Origin: Paramecium tetraurelia
Lineage: Eukaryota
Length of the DNA: 38,907 nucleotides
NCBI GenBank assembly: GCA_000165425.1
Contig: CT868047.1
Coordinates: forward strand, 186,001-224,907
Direction of reading: 5' to 3'
Made by a program: the position numbers and the translations under genes. Under the pieces are notes generated by a model. That model did no database searches, was not told where the DNA came from, and saw nothing but the letters and a program-made list of their open reading frames with translations. Every line of letters begins with the position of its first letter. The stretch's first letter is position 1. Of the stretch, positions 23,966 through 38,862 are shown piece after piece.

Positions 23966-25813
23966 ATGTTATCCCTATATTGGTTAGGAAGCTTCATATT
24001 TTTTGTTATTCTTATTGCTATTGCTAGATTTATATACTATAGAATATAGGACCAGGGAATGTAAAGATTCCATAATGAATAGACAAATGAAATAAATCCA
24101 GATATTGAAAGTGAAGTGAAAAGAAAGGAGTAGGAAAGACTTGAAGAGGAAAAAAAGAAGTAGGAAAGACTTGAAGAGGAAAGAAAGAAGTAGGAAAGAC
24201 TTGAAGCGGAAAAAAAGAAGTAGGAAAAACTTGAAGAGGAAAGAAAGGAGTAGGAAAGACTTGAAGCGGAAAAAAAGAAGTAGGAAAAACTTGAAGAGGA
24301 AAGAAAGGAGTAGGAAAGACTTGAAGAGGAAAAAAAGAAGTAGGAAAAACTTGAAGAGGAAAGAAAGAAGTAGGAAAGACTTGAGGAAAAAAAGAAGTAG
24401 GAAAGACTTGAAGCGGAAAAAAAGAAGTAGGAAAAACTTGAAGAGGAAAGAAAGAAGTAGGAAAGACTTGAGGAAAAAAAGAAGTAGGAAAGACTTGAAG
24501 AGTAAAGAAAGGAGTAGGAAAGACTTGAGGAAAAAAAGAAGTAGGAAAGACTAAGAATTAAAGAAGAAAGTTAAAAGCAATTAATGCAATAAGAGTTATA
24601 ACCAATAAGTTATTAATTTAAGATATAATAAGAAATTAGTACTAAACCAGTTTAGCAATAAATATAAATATTAAACTCTGAAATAAAAAAAATCGATAAT
24701 AATAATAATCTTTCGAATAATAAGAAATAATATTATAAACATTAATACCAATAATAACTAGTTTAAAAATTAAAAGATTAAGGCGATGCTAAATCAATTC
24801 CCCATGTAAGATAGAATATTGATTCTTCAAACCCTGAAGTGGCACTTTTTGTTCTAAAAGAATCATTATTAAGAGATTAAAATAGAGAATTATTAACAAC
24901 TAGTCAAGAATATTCATTTGGATTTGATTCAATAATAGGATCTTATGGCTCAGAATAATCTTGTTTAAAAGTTAGAAATAAAAAATTTGATTATGATAAA
25001 ATTATGAATGACAATCAAATATTACAATAACATTTATTAGATTTTTAATAAAAACTATCAAGTTCACTTAATATTTCAATTGATTAAATTGAAATTTTAG
25101 GAGTATCAAAGGGAAGCTTTGAAATTAGTTTTAATATTACCGGTATTGACAAGGATTAAATTTTAAAAGAGATTAACGATAATAAAAATGCAAAGAAATT
25201 CTTAAATGAATATTGTAATGGCAAAGTTGAATACCTACAATATTTTGATAGTGCCAAAAATTCAGCAAAAGGAGTAACTCTTTCTTCAGATGATTTTAGT
25301 CCTAAATACAATAGGAATTGGGATGGTTTTCATGAGAAAGAATAGAGAGGACCTTCATATCATAGATATGATTATTATTTTCCTAGAGGTTGCTATGGAT
25401 TTGGGTTAAACATAAAAAAGTATGGAAATGATGATTGGGTAAAAATAAATGGCAATATTAATGAATGGAGAATTCTGTATCATGGTACTAACCAAGTTGC
25501 TGTTAATCCAATTGTGAGAGATAATTTAACTGCAGGGGGTGGATAGTTTTACAAAGATGATGAATGTATAAATGAGTTTGGAAAGAAAGTTAAAGTTGGA
25601 AAAGGAATTTATTTTTCCGATAAAATATCAGTTTCTAAAGAATATTCACCTCCTATCTAGACAGGAAATAAGAGATTTAGTATTTATTTCATGTCTAGAG
25701 TAAACCCAAAAAAAATTAGATAAAGTGATAGGATGAAATAAAAAAATTATTTTGTAGTTAATAGCTCAGAAGATGTTAGATCATATAGAATTCTAATTTA
25801 GGAAGATTTATGA
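23966..25813 (+). CDS. Membrane-anchored NEURL4/PARP-like ADP-ribosyltransferase-domain protein with charged repeat stalk (615 aa)
   Basis: Intronless; N-terminal TM WLGSFIFFVILIAIARFIYY; QERLEEEKKK repeats; IEILGVSKGSFEISF; YYFPRGCYGFGL..EWRILYHGT..VGKGIYFSD..MSRVNP..NYFVVNSSEDVRSYRILI. Confidence 0.85.
24127..24552 (+). repeat. Coding minisatellite of 30-nt and 27-nt units
   Basis: About 14 units like taggaaagacttgaagaggaaaaaaagaag; all unit lengths are multiples of 3 and keep the frame. Confidence 0.95.
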
Positions 25814-26851
25814 AATAATTGTTAATAATAAAATTTTACTATTCAAATGTAATTACCTTAAATATATGATATAAATTTAATAATTGATTAAATCTTTTAT
25901 TCTCTTAAAGAATCTTTTTGTTTATCGTTACTGAATCTTTTTTAAATGATATCATTTATAAGAGACACTACGATGAAAGAAAAACACAAGGTTCAATCCA
26001 AAAAACATAATTTTAAAATTAAAACATATAAAAGAAAAATTTTTTCAATCATTATTAATTTCTAATTTTTTAAAGTATATTGTTTCTTAAAAACACAGCA
26101 GTTTTAAAACTGTTTCAATCAAATCGATCTATTGAAAAGGAATTGCGTATTTTTTAAATTTTTATAACTATCGAAAGTAGATTGCTTTTCTTTTCTAAGA
26201 ACTTTAGTTATATAAAATATGTTGAGAAATAAATTAATGTTGAAATTACTAATTGAAAGTGTAATTTTTAGTTCAATAATCTATTTAATAGTTAATGCAT
26301 AATTAGATAATGGTAATTTTAAATAAGTTAATTACGGATGTTCTAAAATTGAAAGGACCAATCATAAATATGTAACTTTTAAATTTTGACTCTAATTTAT
26401 AGTATTGAATGAGGAGTCATAAAATGTTGTTTTGTTTTTCTTCAAAGAAACAAACACACTTAAAATATCTTTATTATACATTCAAGCTAAGTTAAAAACT
26501 TAACAATATGCAACATCTTCTAACCTTGCATATTTCTCATAATTTTAATAAGATTCTCAATTACAATAAGGCTTCGCCTATCAACTATATATAGAAGGAA
26601 AATATAAAATATAAGAGATTTTTCATTTTTGTAATACTTCTTCCATTGCTAAATCAATACGAATGTTCAACTTGAAGATAAGCATACAGAAATCATTCAC
26701 TGAAACTCAATCAGAGAATTAAAAATACTAAATAAGGAATTGCTCACTAAGCTATAGATTTTATAATAATAGTAATAATGACATGCATATTTAATTATAC
26801 TAATATTTGATTGTTAATTTATTTAAATTTAAAACCGGTTAATTTGATAGA

Positions 26852-29193
<2,342 letters not shown>

Positions 29194-29225
29194 ATTATAA
29201 AATATATTAAACAATTATATTCAAA

Positions 29226-31694
29226 TCAAATTTAGCTAAAATCATTATTAATAAATGACCATCCATTAATATAATTAATAGAACTAGACTTGTCAGCTGA
29301 TAATATAAAGTCAAAAGGGATGTCAAATTTTTAATTTAAAATCTCCTAATTAATAATTGGTTAAGGAGGTTTATATTTTCTATTGTAATAGTTTCAAATA
29401 TCATTACTTTTGTAATAGATCATCCCAATTAATTTACCTAAAAAAAGGATGATCTTTTATTTCATCAGCATCTCTCGATGAAGCACCCAACCTAATCATA
29501 GGGTTTTTCTCTAAAAGCGATTAAATTATTGATTTGCATTCTTTTGAAATATTGTCTGGAAATGTGATCTTATTGCATTCAATATTATTCAACATTTCAT
29601 CTCTATTTGGTGAAAAATATGGAGGTTTCCCACTAATCATTTCGTAGAGTAGAATACCTAATTAATATATATAATTCAATACCTAGATGATACCAATCAA
29701 CAGCTCGCCCATGTCCTACTCGTTTCAACATTTCTGGAGCCAAATAAGCCATGGATCCACAGAAACTTTTAGCTCCATAATTATCTCTAACTCCTTCTTT
29801 TGATAATCCAAAATCAGTTAACATAGCATGACCTTGTGTATCAATAACTATATTTTCCGGTTTTAAATCTCTATATATTATATCATTTTTATGAAGGTGT
29901 TCTAAAGCTGTCAGTATTTCTGCAATATACAATTTAGCTGCTTATTCTGGAATTCTTTTTTAATTTTAAATAATTTTAGATAAATCTCCACCTGGACAGA
30001 AATCCATCAATAAACACAAATGAGTATTAGTTTAAAAAGCAAATCTTAATTTAACAATGTATGGATGATTTAAATAAGATAGGATATTCCTTTCAGCCAT
30101 AGCATATCTTATTAAATTATGACCTAAAAATTTACTTTTTGGTAAAACTTTCATTGCATACTTTTATCCTTATGCAGTTTTACTTTAATTCCTTTTCTCA
30201 ACTAAATATACATCTCCAAACGAACCTTTACCTATTTGTAATATAATTCTTATATTCAAGGGACCTATCATTTCACTTTCATTTAGTTATGACTATTATT
30301 TAATACTCAATTACAACTTGATTAAGTGTTGAACGATTGGATGTAGAAAATTAGTTATCAGTCTGATATGGCGAATAACATTTTGAAGTTTGTTGATACT
30401 GATTTGTTAGGTAATATTATTATTTACTAGTTGGGGAATTGACTTTCTATTAATCTTTGGAATCATCATAGATTTAAACCTTATGACATTGGTTGAATGA
30501 TTCCTTTTTCATCTTAAAAAAATTTAAACCAACAAATACCCTATAATGTTTTTCAATAAGATTTTTTAGAGTAGAATTATTTTATATTAATTCAACAGGA
30601 GATTTATTATCCAAATTCTTTTAATTTAGCTGCAAAGATGGTCTTGCCAAAAGTATTTCTGCTATTCTAATATGTTCTAATAAAGAATAAATAAACTATT
30701 GATACAAAATAAACAAGCGTAATGTAATGCTGTATTTTGATGATTATCTATATGATTGATATCAGATCCTATAGTTAATAATAGAGTAGCAATAGAATCA
30801 CATCCATTTTAAGCACAAATGATTAACGGCGTTTATCCTTGAGCATTGATTGAATCACAATCTGCTTCATTTTTTAGTAGTAAGAGTGATAAGTCATAGT
30901 TTTAGTTTAGACAACTGTAATGAATTGAAGCAAATCCTATTGATATTATAATATATCTGATACCATTGTCATCTTTAATATTGATTTCTGGTTTCAAGTC
31001 TTTAGTAGGAATCTCTAATAATTTTTCTATTTCCTTGATGTTGTTCTGTTTGACATTGAGTATTAGAAAGTGATTGTTTTCCCTTTTTTATTACCACCAA
31101 CCTTGCCATGCTGATTTATGTCTTTTTTTCAATTTGGCCATATATTCTTTATTAACCTGAATCTTATCGACTTATCTAATATCATAGACAGTTCCTGTTG
31201 TAATAAGTAGAATTTGAAACCTGTGTCTTGATCTTTAAGAAGGAACATTTCGTCATTGAATTTCTATTCATATAAATTAACTGGAGCTGTATTTGTATGA
31301 AAATGCGAGATACGTATGTTGGATGATTGATTCTACTATGCAGTTTCATTGAATATGTTTGCAACTTACTCAAAACCTGTGGAGTTTTTAGAGCCCCTAG
31401 ATTTATTGCTGTTACAATTAGAAAGGCTTCCCTAAGAACTTTATTTTTAATGACTACTTTAATTGAGTTTAAATACTATTAATCAGATTAATATTATTTA
31501 GTTCTCATCATAGTCTGCTCTGCATATAATTTATTATTCATTGCTGATGGTGCTCTTGGAATTTCAGTTTTCTTGTTCATTGTATTTAAAGTTGGAGTAG
31601 CTGCTTCATTTTATTTTCTGAATGTAGATTAATATTGAATAGGACAAGTGGCATCTCTAGGTGTATTGATTGGTAAAATTGGATGCTTTTGCAT
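29226..31694 (-). CDS. Ankyrin-repeat AGC-group Ser/Thr protein kinase
   Basis: Ankyrin repeats (GFASIHYSC, GQTPLIICAQNG, NTALHYA); IGKGSFGDVYLV, YAMKVL, YRDLKPEN, LTDFGLSKEG, SFCGSMAYLAPE; AGC-like tail YINGWSFI. Confidence 0.93.
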
Positions 31695-31748
31695 AAAAAA
31701 TATTAATTTAAATTTCTTATTACTTTATATAAATCGATCATAATAATA

Positions 31749-32327
31749 TCATCTAATATTTGTTATCATTTACATATATTTGATCGATTCCATTAAGCTC
31801 TAATAAGATGATCTCATATGTTAATTATAGGTTTGAGAATATTGTCCTAAAACTAAATTATTATTAATTTTATCGAATTTTTACTTTTTATTATTTACTT
31901 TATATTCATATTTGAAGAACTGAAACCATTGTCCATAATCTAAGATATATATAATTAATTTTTTGAAATAAAATTACCATTTTTCGGGGTTAAAACAATA
32001 AATAAGTCTCAGATTATAAGTAAAACATGTAATGGCTTAGAAAAGAACCTGGTTTTCACCTTATTTCAACATTTTTTAAAGAAAGACTTGAACTTTTTCT
32101 CTTTTCTTATTCGATTTTTCTTTTTTCTTCATCCTCAAGTTCTTATTTTCTTTATTATTATTTTGTTAGCCAATTTATTCTTCTTGAATTCTTCTTCTAT
32201 TTGCTTCTCCACTTAACAATCTCTTCCCTTCCTCCTCTTCAAGCTCCCTTTACCTTCTAATATTAAATAAGGTAGCAATAACAATTATTGACAATAAAGA
32301 GCTTCCTAAATATTAAAGAAAGCGCAT
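31749..32327 (-). CDS. Hypothetical protein with N-terminal TM segment and charged stretch (possibly decaying)
   Basis: 192-aa ciliate-code ORF MRFLQYLGSSLLSIIVIATLFNIRRQRELEEEEGKRLL..; C-terminal half lacks recognisable features. Confidence 0.45.
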
Positions 32328-32399
32328 TCTTTATATTCATTATTTCATTCATAACATAATTCATTAAAGATATCATTTTAATTCTAACCTCTAAATTTT

Positions 32400-35300
32400 T
32401 CCAAGTTTTTTAAATAGATTATCAAAATTCATTTAATATAAACTGAATCCTTTTTAGACAGAATATTTGCTTGGTTGAATCATATTCGAAGTTTAAATTG
32501 AAGAATAAAATTTTATAACCAATTTATCTACTAGATAAATTTCAAATATATCATCAGATCATGGTATATCAGGTTTTTCGTTTCAAGAAAACATAAAAAT
32601 GATTCTTTTATTTCCTTTCAATTATTTATGCTATAAAATTTAGAATTCTATTTTTTCCATTCACAGAGATTTAATAAACCTAATTATTCTATGAGTTTCT
32701 CAAGACATTCAATAATTAACATCTTTTGATTAATTTAAATCTTTGAAATGATAGATTTCTTCAATTTCAAATCTTCAGCCTCTTCAAATTTAAAATCTAA
32801 TATTAATAAACTTTTACGTAGTAGTTTTCATCATTTTTATATTAAGCCTTGTTATTTTAACAAACAAAGTTTGGACTACATAGAAGATTTTTGTTTTCAA
32901 CAAAATTAAAAAAATCAAAACCATTATTCAACTTTTAAAACATATAAAATGGAGTTAAATGTAGGCTAAAGTTATTGTTATTAGAATGCTATAAAGTTTG
33001 TATTAAATTGTTTAGACTGTGGACACTTAACAACTAAATCTTTATTTTAGCTTAAAAAAGGTGTCAGAATTATGCTGTGTCTTTATTTAAAGAAATAACT
33101 AATACCCGGAATCCAGATAGAAGTTTAATACAATAAAACAAAATAATAGGAAAAATAAGAAAGTAATCCATTAAAAAATGGACTGAAAGGCTTTAAATGT
33201 GATAAATAACCGTAATAAAAACTAGATTTAAGGATATTCAATTAATTAATAACCTGAAATAATCGACTTTCTATCAAAAATATAAAGCAAATTCAGTAAT
33301 ATGCCACAGAATGATTATTTATTTAGTTTGTAAGAATACCATAAATTGAGGTTTTAGGAATTTATGAAAGGCTAGTTTAAGAGAAGTTCGTTTAGATGAA
33401 AATATTATTTTACTATTCCAAATTCATATGGCAAATATTCATTTATAATGTTCAACAATTAGTTAGAAGACTATCACTCAAGAAAAGCAAAAAATAATTT
33501 ATTTATGCGATATCATTTACATCATATCAATTTTTTTATTAAACTTGATTTGGAAATGTTCACAGTTATCTAAATTATGGTTAAAAAATCAAAGAAATCA
33601 AGAGAATGACATAAAGCTAGAATTGGGAAAGGTATGAAATATTTCTTATTCATTATATTTCAATCCAAGGTATGGAATGATAAACAGCGTATTTTACCTT
33701 AGATAATGCTTCATTTTAAAAGGTGAAATATTTTAAAACGAAGTGTTTTGATTAGCTAATTGCTTATTCCTGCCTCCTTACAATTTTTAATTGAACTTTA
33801 AATATGAGATGTATTAAATTTCATTTTTTAAGAAATTGTATCAGTGAAGTAATAATAATAGTAAATTTCGGGATAATTGATTAGATAATTTTGATGAATC
33901 AAAATGGTTTATGAAATGAATGATTTAGCAACTTATATTGCTTTATAAAATTTGTTAATAGATTTTTATTTACTAGAAATATAATATTACCATCCCATTT
34001 ATAAAATTCAACTTTTTATTATTTTTTAAATTCACCATAATTTTCCAAAAAAATATCTTATCAACCAAGTTAAAATTATTTTCAAATATTTATCTGCTGA
34101 AAGCTTTAGTCTCAATGTATTGTTGATAATTATTTTTCATTAACTTTATTCTTGACTATTAATCATTAGTTTAGAATTAGACTTTCCTCAATTATGTAAT
34201 ATACCCCATATTTTAAAATCGATATTAAATAGTTATACATTAAATGACAATCAAATCCAAAATCTTAATCATTACTTAAAAAATAAAATTGAATTGAAAA
34301 TCATAAAAGCCTCATTTATATATTTAACCAAAATAAAGAAAATAGAAATTATTAATCTATGTGTAAAGTTTAACTTCATTAATAATTTCTAAAGATCTTA
34401 TTAACCTTTTGAAATTATTCAGTCTAAAGCAAATATTTATAATTCGATTTAGAGAGTTAGTATTTTTCAAAGTGATTAAAATACTTTCAGACGAATATCA
34501 ACTCCTTTTAAGAAGATGATTGCAAATTTTCCATTGCTGGTTGGTTTGGTTGATGAAGTTAAAACATCTAACATTTTAGATTTAACAATAATATAATATA
34601 TAAATTAATACTTTTTAATTTATGTAAGTAAGATATTTGTCAAGAATTTACATAATCTCCTCAATTATATGACATAAATAATTATGATCATTTATTGTAT
34701 TCTATTTATCTTAATTAATAAAAAAGGCAAAATACTAAGCTTGGTGTAATTCTTAATTTTATGGTACATTTTCAACCTACTAAATCAAACTAATAAGATT
34801 TAGAATGACTAAAATATATGATCGTACTAAAAAAATATTTAATTTAATTCACTATCATTAAAAAAGACAAATTAAAAAGTATTATGAGTCATTTAATAAT
34901 ATTTAATTCAAAAACTCTATGCTTACTTTCAAATATTCTTATTTTCAATTTAATTTATATTACATTGCAGGGTTAAAATAAAATTTTTGGCTTTTGTGTT
35001 TATTAATTAGTTAAACACATTGTTTCAAGGCTTAAAATTCTATTGTTGATGTGGCTTCAAAAAAGAAAATTAAGTGCTCTTGATATTAAGTCAAAATAAA
35101 TTATATTTTCATTTATTACCTCCTAATGTTAACANNTATCCGGGCACATTTACGTAGGTTGCATATACACATATTTAGAAATAAAGAAAAATTGTAGTAT
35201 TATTGATTAAGAATTTTAGGGCTTATGTAAGATGAAATAATCAAATTGGATAGGTTTTAGATTCTATTTGATTATATATAGATTTCAAGTTTGAATAATG

Positions 35301-36000
35301 TTAAATTAGTGAAAATAAATACTGAGTGACAATATCAAATATCTTCTCTAGCATTTCTTCTCTATATAATTAGAATCCTAATGGATTTAATTTAAAATAT
35401 ATCCTAAAAATTCGTGTATAATATTGATCGATAATAATTTCTATTTTTTTATACATTTATTAATTTTATCTCGATGAGATAATTAATTTAAGAATATTAA
35501 TATGAGATTATCTAAAATAAATTGCTGTTCTAGTATTCTTAAATACATCTAGGACAAAAAACACAAATTAATTTATATTTTGAAATGATAAAATTAAGTA
35601 TTTCAATTATAAATCCTTAATGAAATACATGATGGTTTAGAATTCCGTTTTTGATAAGTATTACTGAATCCAATCGAACATTTAATATATTAATATTGTA
35701 ATGATACATAAATTGATGTAGAAAATTATGTATGGTATTTTCTTAGAGTTGATATTTTATACATTTGTATTGATAAAATTTGAATTGAATATTTTAGATT
35801 AAGGTTTATTATAATAATTTAATCTATTTATTTGAATAAGTTTATTTTTTTATGAAAATCTTTTATAAATGTAGCAATAAAGAAATGAAAAAAGTTAAAT
35901 ATCTTTTTGGAATTTAGAATTGGTACTTTTTATTCTTTTTTTTTATTGAACTTTAAAGTCAATTATTGGAAAATTTTATATAAAATAATAAATCAAATTT
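32400..36000. other. Gene-poor, very AT-rich degenerate region containing two ambiguous bases
   Basis: Only unconvincing frames (e.g. 32949-33257 +); NN at 35135-35136. Confidence 0.5.
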
Positions 36001-36040
36001 TTTAATACTAACGATATATTTCAAATAATAAACAATTTAA

Positions 36041-37060
36041 ATGCCTAAATTTCGAACATTACCATGTTAAAATAAATCTAATATTTTTGCGGATGAGAAT
36101 TCAATAAGGTTTGAAAACCATTGTTTGGCTATTTCGATAAATAAGGATAATTAAATCATATTTGTTGCAAGCGATTACTCTATAACTTTGTTTCAATTTA
36201 AATTTCCATACTTAAAATACTTACAAAATTGTAAAAATCACACTAATTATGTCTCTACTTTAAATAACTTCAAAAATTGTTTGTAATTCATATCAGGCTC
36301 TATGGATTCAAATATTGTATTATGGCCATTAAATCTCTTGAAAAGCAGAAAATATTTATAAATACTTTAAGGACATACTAAAATGATTACCTGTTTAATT
36401 CTGATACCAAAATTAGAGAATTACATAATATCTGGTTCTATGGACAATACAATTAAGATTTGGAATATTACCTAGTAATAATGGAGATGTGTACAAACAA
36501 TAACAGATCATTAGGATTCAGTTTTATCTTTAGCAACAAATCTTGAAGGAAATAAAGTTTTATCGAGTGGAAAAGATAATACAATCTTGGTGATTGAGTA
36601 AAATTAATTTTTGTCTTGGGAGATTAAATAAAAAATACATGTTAATTAATTTGGCTATCGACTTAATTTTATTGATGAATTCACAATCACTTTCCAACCA
36701 GAGAAAAGTTCGTAACTCCATTTGTACAAGGCAAATCAAATGGGAGATTTTATATTAACTACAGCAAACATTTTTATAGCAGGAGGTGGTTAATATTGTT
36801 AAGTACTGTTCCCATCTTAATACAATTCTAATAAGGGTCTGCTAATTACTAAAAATGGATGGAACTTAAATATAGTGAGGCATTTTCATGATAAAATAAA
36901 TAATAAAGATATTTATTAGTTACAAGAATCTATAGAATTTGCAGATTAGTATATTTATGGCATAATGAGTGATGATGGAGAATATTTAATCACATGGGAT
37001 AGCCAATCTTAATAGATTTCTATTAAAAAATTCAAATAATTTAATATTGAATAACATTGA
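36041..37060 (+). CDS. WD40-repeat protein (339 aa, intronless)
   Basis: HTNYVSTL..FISGSMDSNIVLW, GHTKMITCL..IISGSMDNTIKIW, DHQDSVLSL..LSSGKDNTILV, C-terminal GIMSDDGEYLITWD. Confidence 0.9.
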
Positions 37061-37379
37061 AATATATTTTTTTTAGTGTTATTTATAAATGAAAATAGGG
37101 CTAGATTATTGTTATGTAATCAATATTGTCTAAATATTAGTAAGTCTTAATATTTTTAATATTATATATTCCTTATATATTGATTTTCTCATACTATATG
37201 CCTTGCTTTATGTCTGCTTTGGAAACACTTTTATATTTCGAATAAATGTAATTTTAAAGTGCTGTTTTGTTACTTAATTGAGAGGCTAAAAGAAGTTATA
37301 TATATAAAAATTGATGGATGTAACCGAGATATAATATAAATTTAAAATATATTAAAATTGAAATAATAATTAATTTTTA

Positions 37380-38660
37380 CATCACTTTGGTAAAATAGAA
37401 AAATTCAACTTTTAAGACTTCCAGAATTGCTAGATAGTTAAAATATTTAAGTTATTCATCTAAGTAATTTCTCTACTTCAAGTAAAGCAGGACTTCAAAA
37501 TCTTCTTGTCTATGTTGAAGACTAAACTAAGAAGATTAAATATATTGATGAGAAGGAAACTTGGATTAAAACTCATTTATGCAATAGATTTATTCCAGAG
37601 TTACCCAATTTTAAAGTAATTTAGGAGAAATCTTTGAATTATAAATTGCGTTGATAGTCCCTAAAATCACATTCTTTGTCTATCCTTCATTTATTATAGT
37701 TGATTATACGAACTTATGCCCTGAATAATTCGTGGAAATTCCTTTCTGAAAAGATAATTGATAATTGGTTTTATAAAGGAAAATTAGATTTACAAGTTGG
37801 ATTTCATTTCATTTTGCTATAAAAAAGTTAGCATTACTAAAAATAGGTACAAAGATATATATATTCTACCTTAGGGTTTAATTACTACAAACCATATTGC
37901 CTCATTCTGAACTGCATATTTGCCACTAATAAGTGCTTCTAAAATTAAAGTACATCAATAACAAATACAATCAATAAAACTCCTCGATGATTATTCATAA
38001 CCTTGAAATTTTAACATAATGCATTAGTTTAAGAATCTCAAAGTTTGTTCTGAATCCTCAAACGAATCAGTTTAAATATATTTGCAATATCCTCCCAATC
38101 CATTTATATAATGAATTTAAATTAGAGGAATCAAAACTCACTTACAAAGGAATTTAAGAATATCATTCTTAAGATGAAAAATAAAATTTCCAAAATCTTA
38201 TATTCTTCTTGTATCACATAGTTTCTAGAAATCCCTTGCAATAATATCTGATACACACCTTGAAATCAGGGTGGCTGAAATTATGAAGCTAATTTATTTT
38301 AACTTAAGTTTTGCTTTGACACACCTCTCGAATCATTCGATGAGCTCATTGGGAACTCAGATTGGACAATTCTATAGAGTTAACTCAGACCAATCTGAGT
38401 CGCTGTTGATGCTAGATTACAGAACAAATCTAAATATTCGATAATGGAGGATAAGAAAAAGAATAGAGAAATATGAACTAGATGGATTAATGCTGACTAA
38501 AGGGGGTTTCATGGGGATAGCGAACAGGAATGTTAGGATAATTTAAAAGGCATATTGAGAATGTCGAAACTCAACCGATTTAGATATGGGAAAAGAACAA
38601 AGTAAAAGGGGCTTGATAATTTGGATCTTATTATAAAATTTGAAAAATTGCCTATCGTGA
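37380..38660 (+). pseudogene. Degenerate coding-like sequence
   Basis: Fragmentary frames (RLPELLDSQ..KETWIKTHLCNRFIPEL; LRPI*VAVDA) interrupted by TGA and frame changes. Confidence 0.25.
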
Positions 38661-38788
38661 TCCTATTAATTCTGATTGCAATTATTATAAAAAATGGAAA
38701 GCATTGTTGGAAGTATCCTCTAATAATTATGAATAAGTATTAAGTTAGAGGTAGGTGTACTTTCTGAAATAGAATAATCTGAAGAGAA

Positions 38789-38809
38789 AGTGGCAGTGGC
38801 AGTGGCAGT
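38789..38809 (+). repeat. (AGTGGC)3 microsatellite
   Basis: agtggcagtggcagtggcagt seen directly. Confidence 0.85.
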
Positions 38810-38817
38810 TGTATAAT

Positions 38818-38862
38818 GGGTTTGGGGTTTGGGTTGGGTTTGGGTTTGGGTTTGGGGTTGGG
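38818..38862 (+). repeat. Paramecium telomere-like repeat tract (G3T3/G4T2 with variants), internal to the sequence
   Basis: gggtttggggtttgggttgggtttgggtttgggtttggggttggg followed by 45 nt of unique sequence. Confidence 0.8.

Noticed and set aside
24127..24552. CRISPR-like array of ~30-nt repeats
   Set aside because: Units are contiguous with no unique spacers, lie in a coding frame, and no cas genes are present in this eukaryotic DNA.
24141..24554. Track ORF of protamine-like KRKKRSRKDL repeats
   Set aside because: Wrong-frame shadow; the TAG-containing frame QERLEEEKKK is continuous with the TM and ART parts.
38370..38420. Papain-like PI*VAVDA fragment
   Set aside because: Too short, contains a stop, and no catalytic CGSCWAF or NSWG motifs were found nearby.
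32400..38800. Transposon or retained IES
   Set aside because: No DDE or reverse-transcriptase motifs or terminal inverted repeats recognised; TA-bounded IESs cannot be called without a MIC/MAC comparison.
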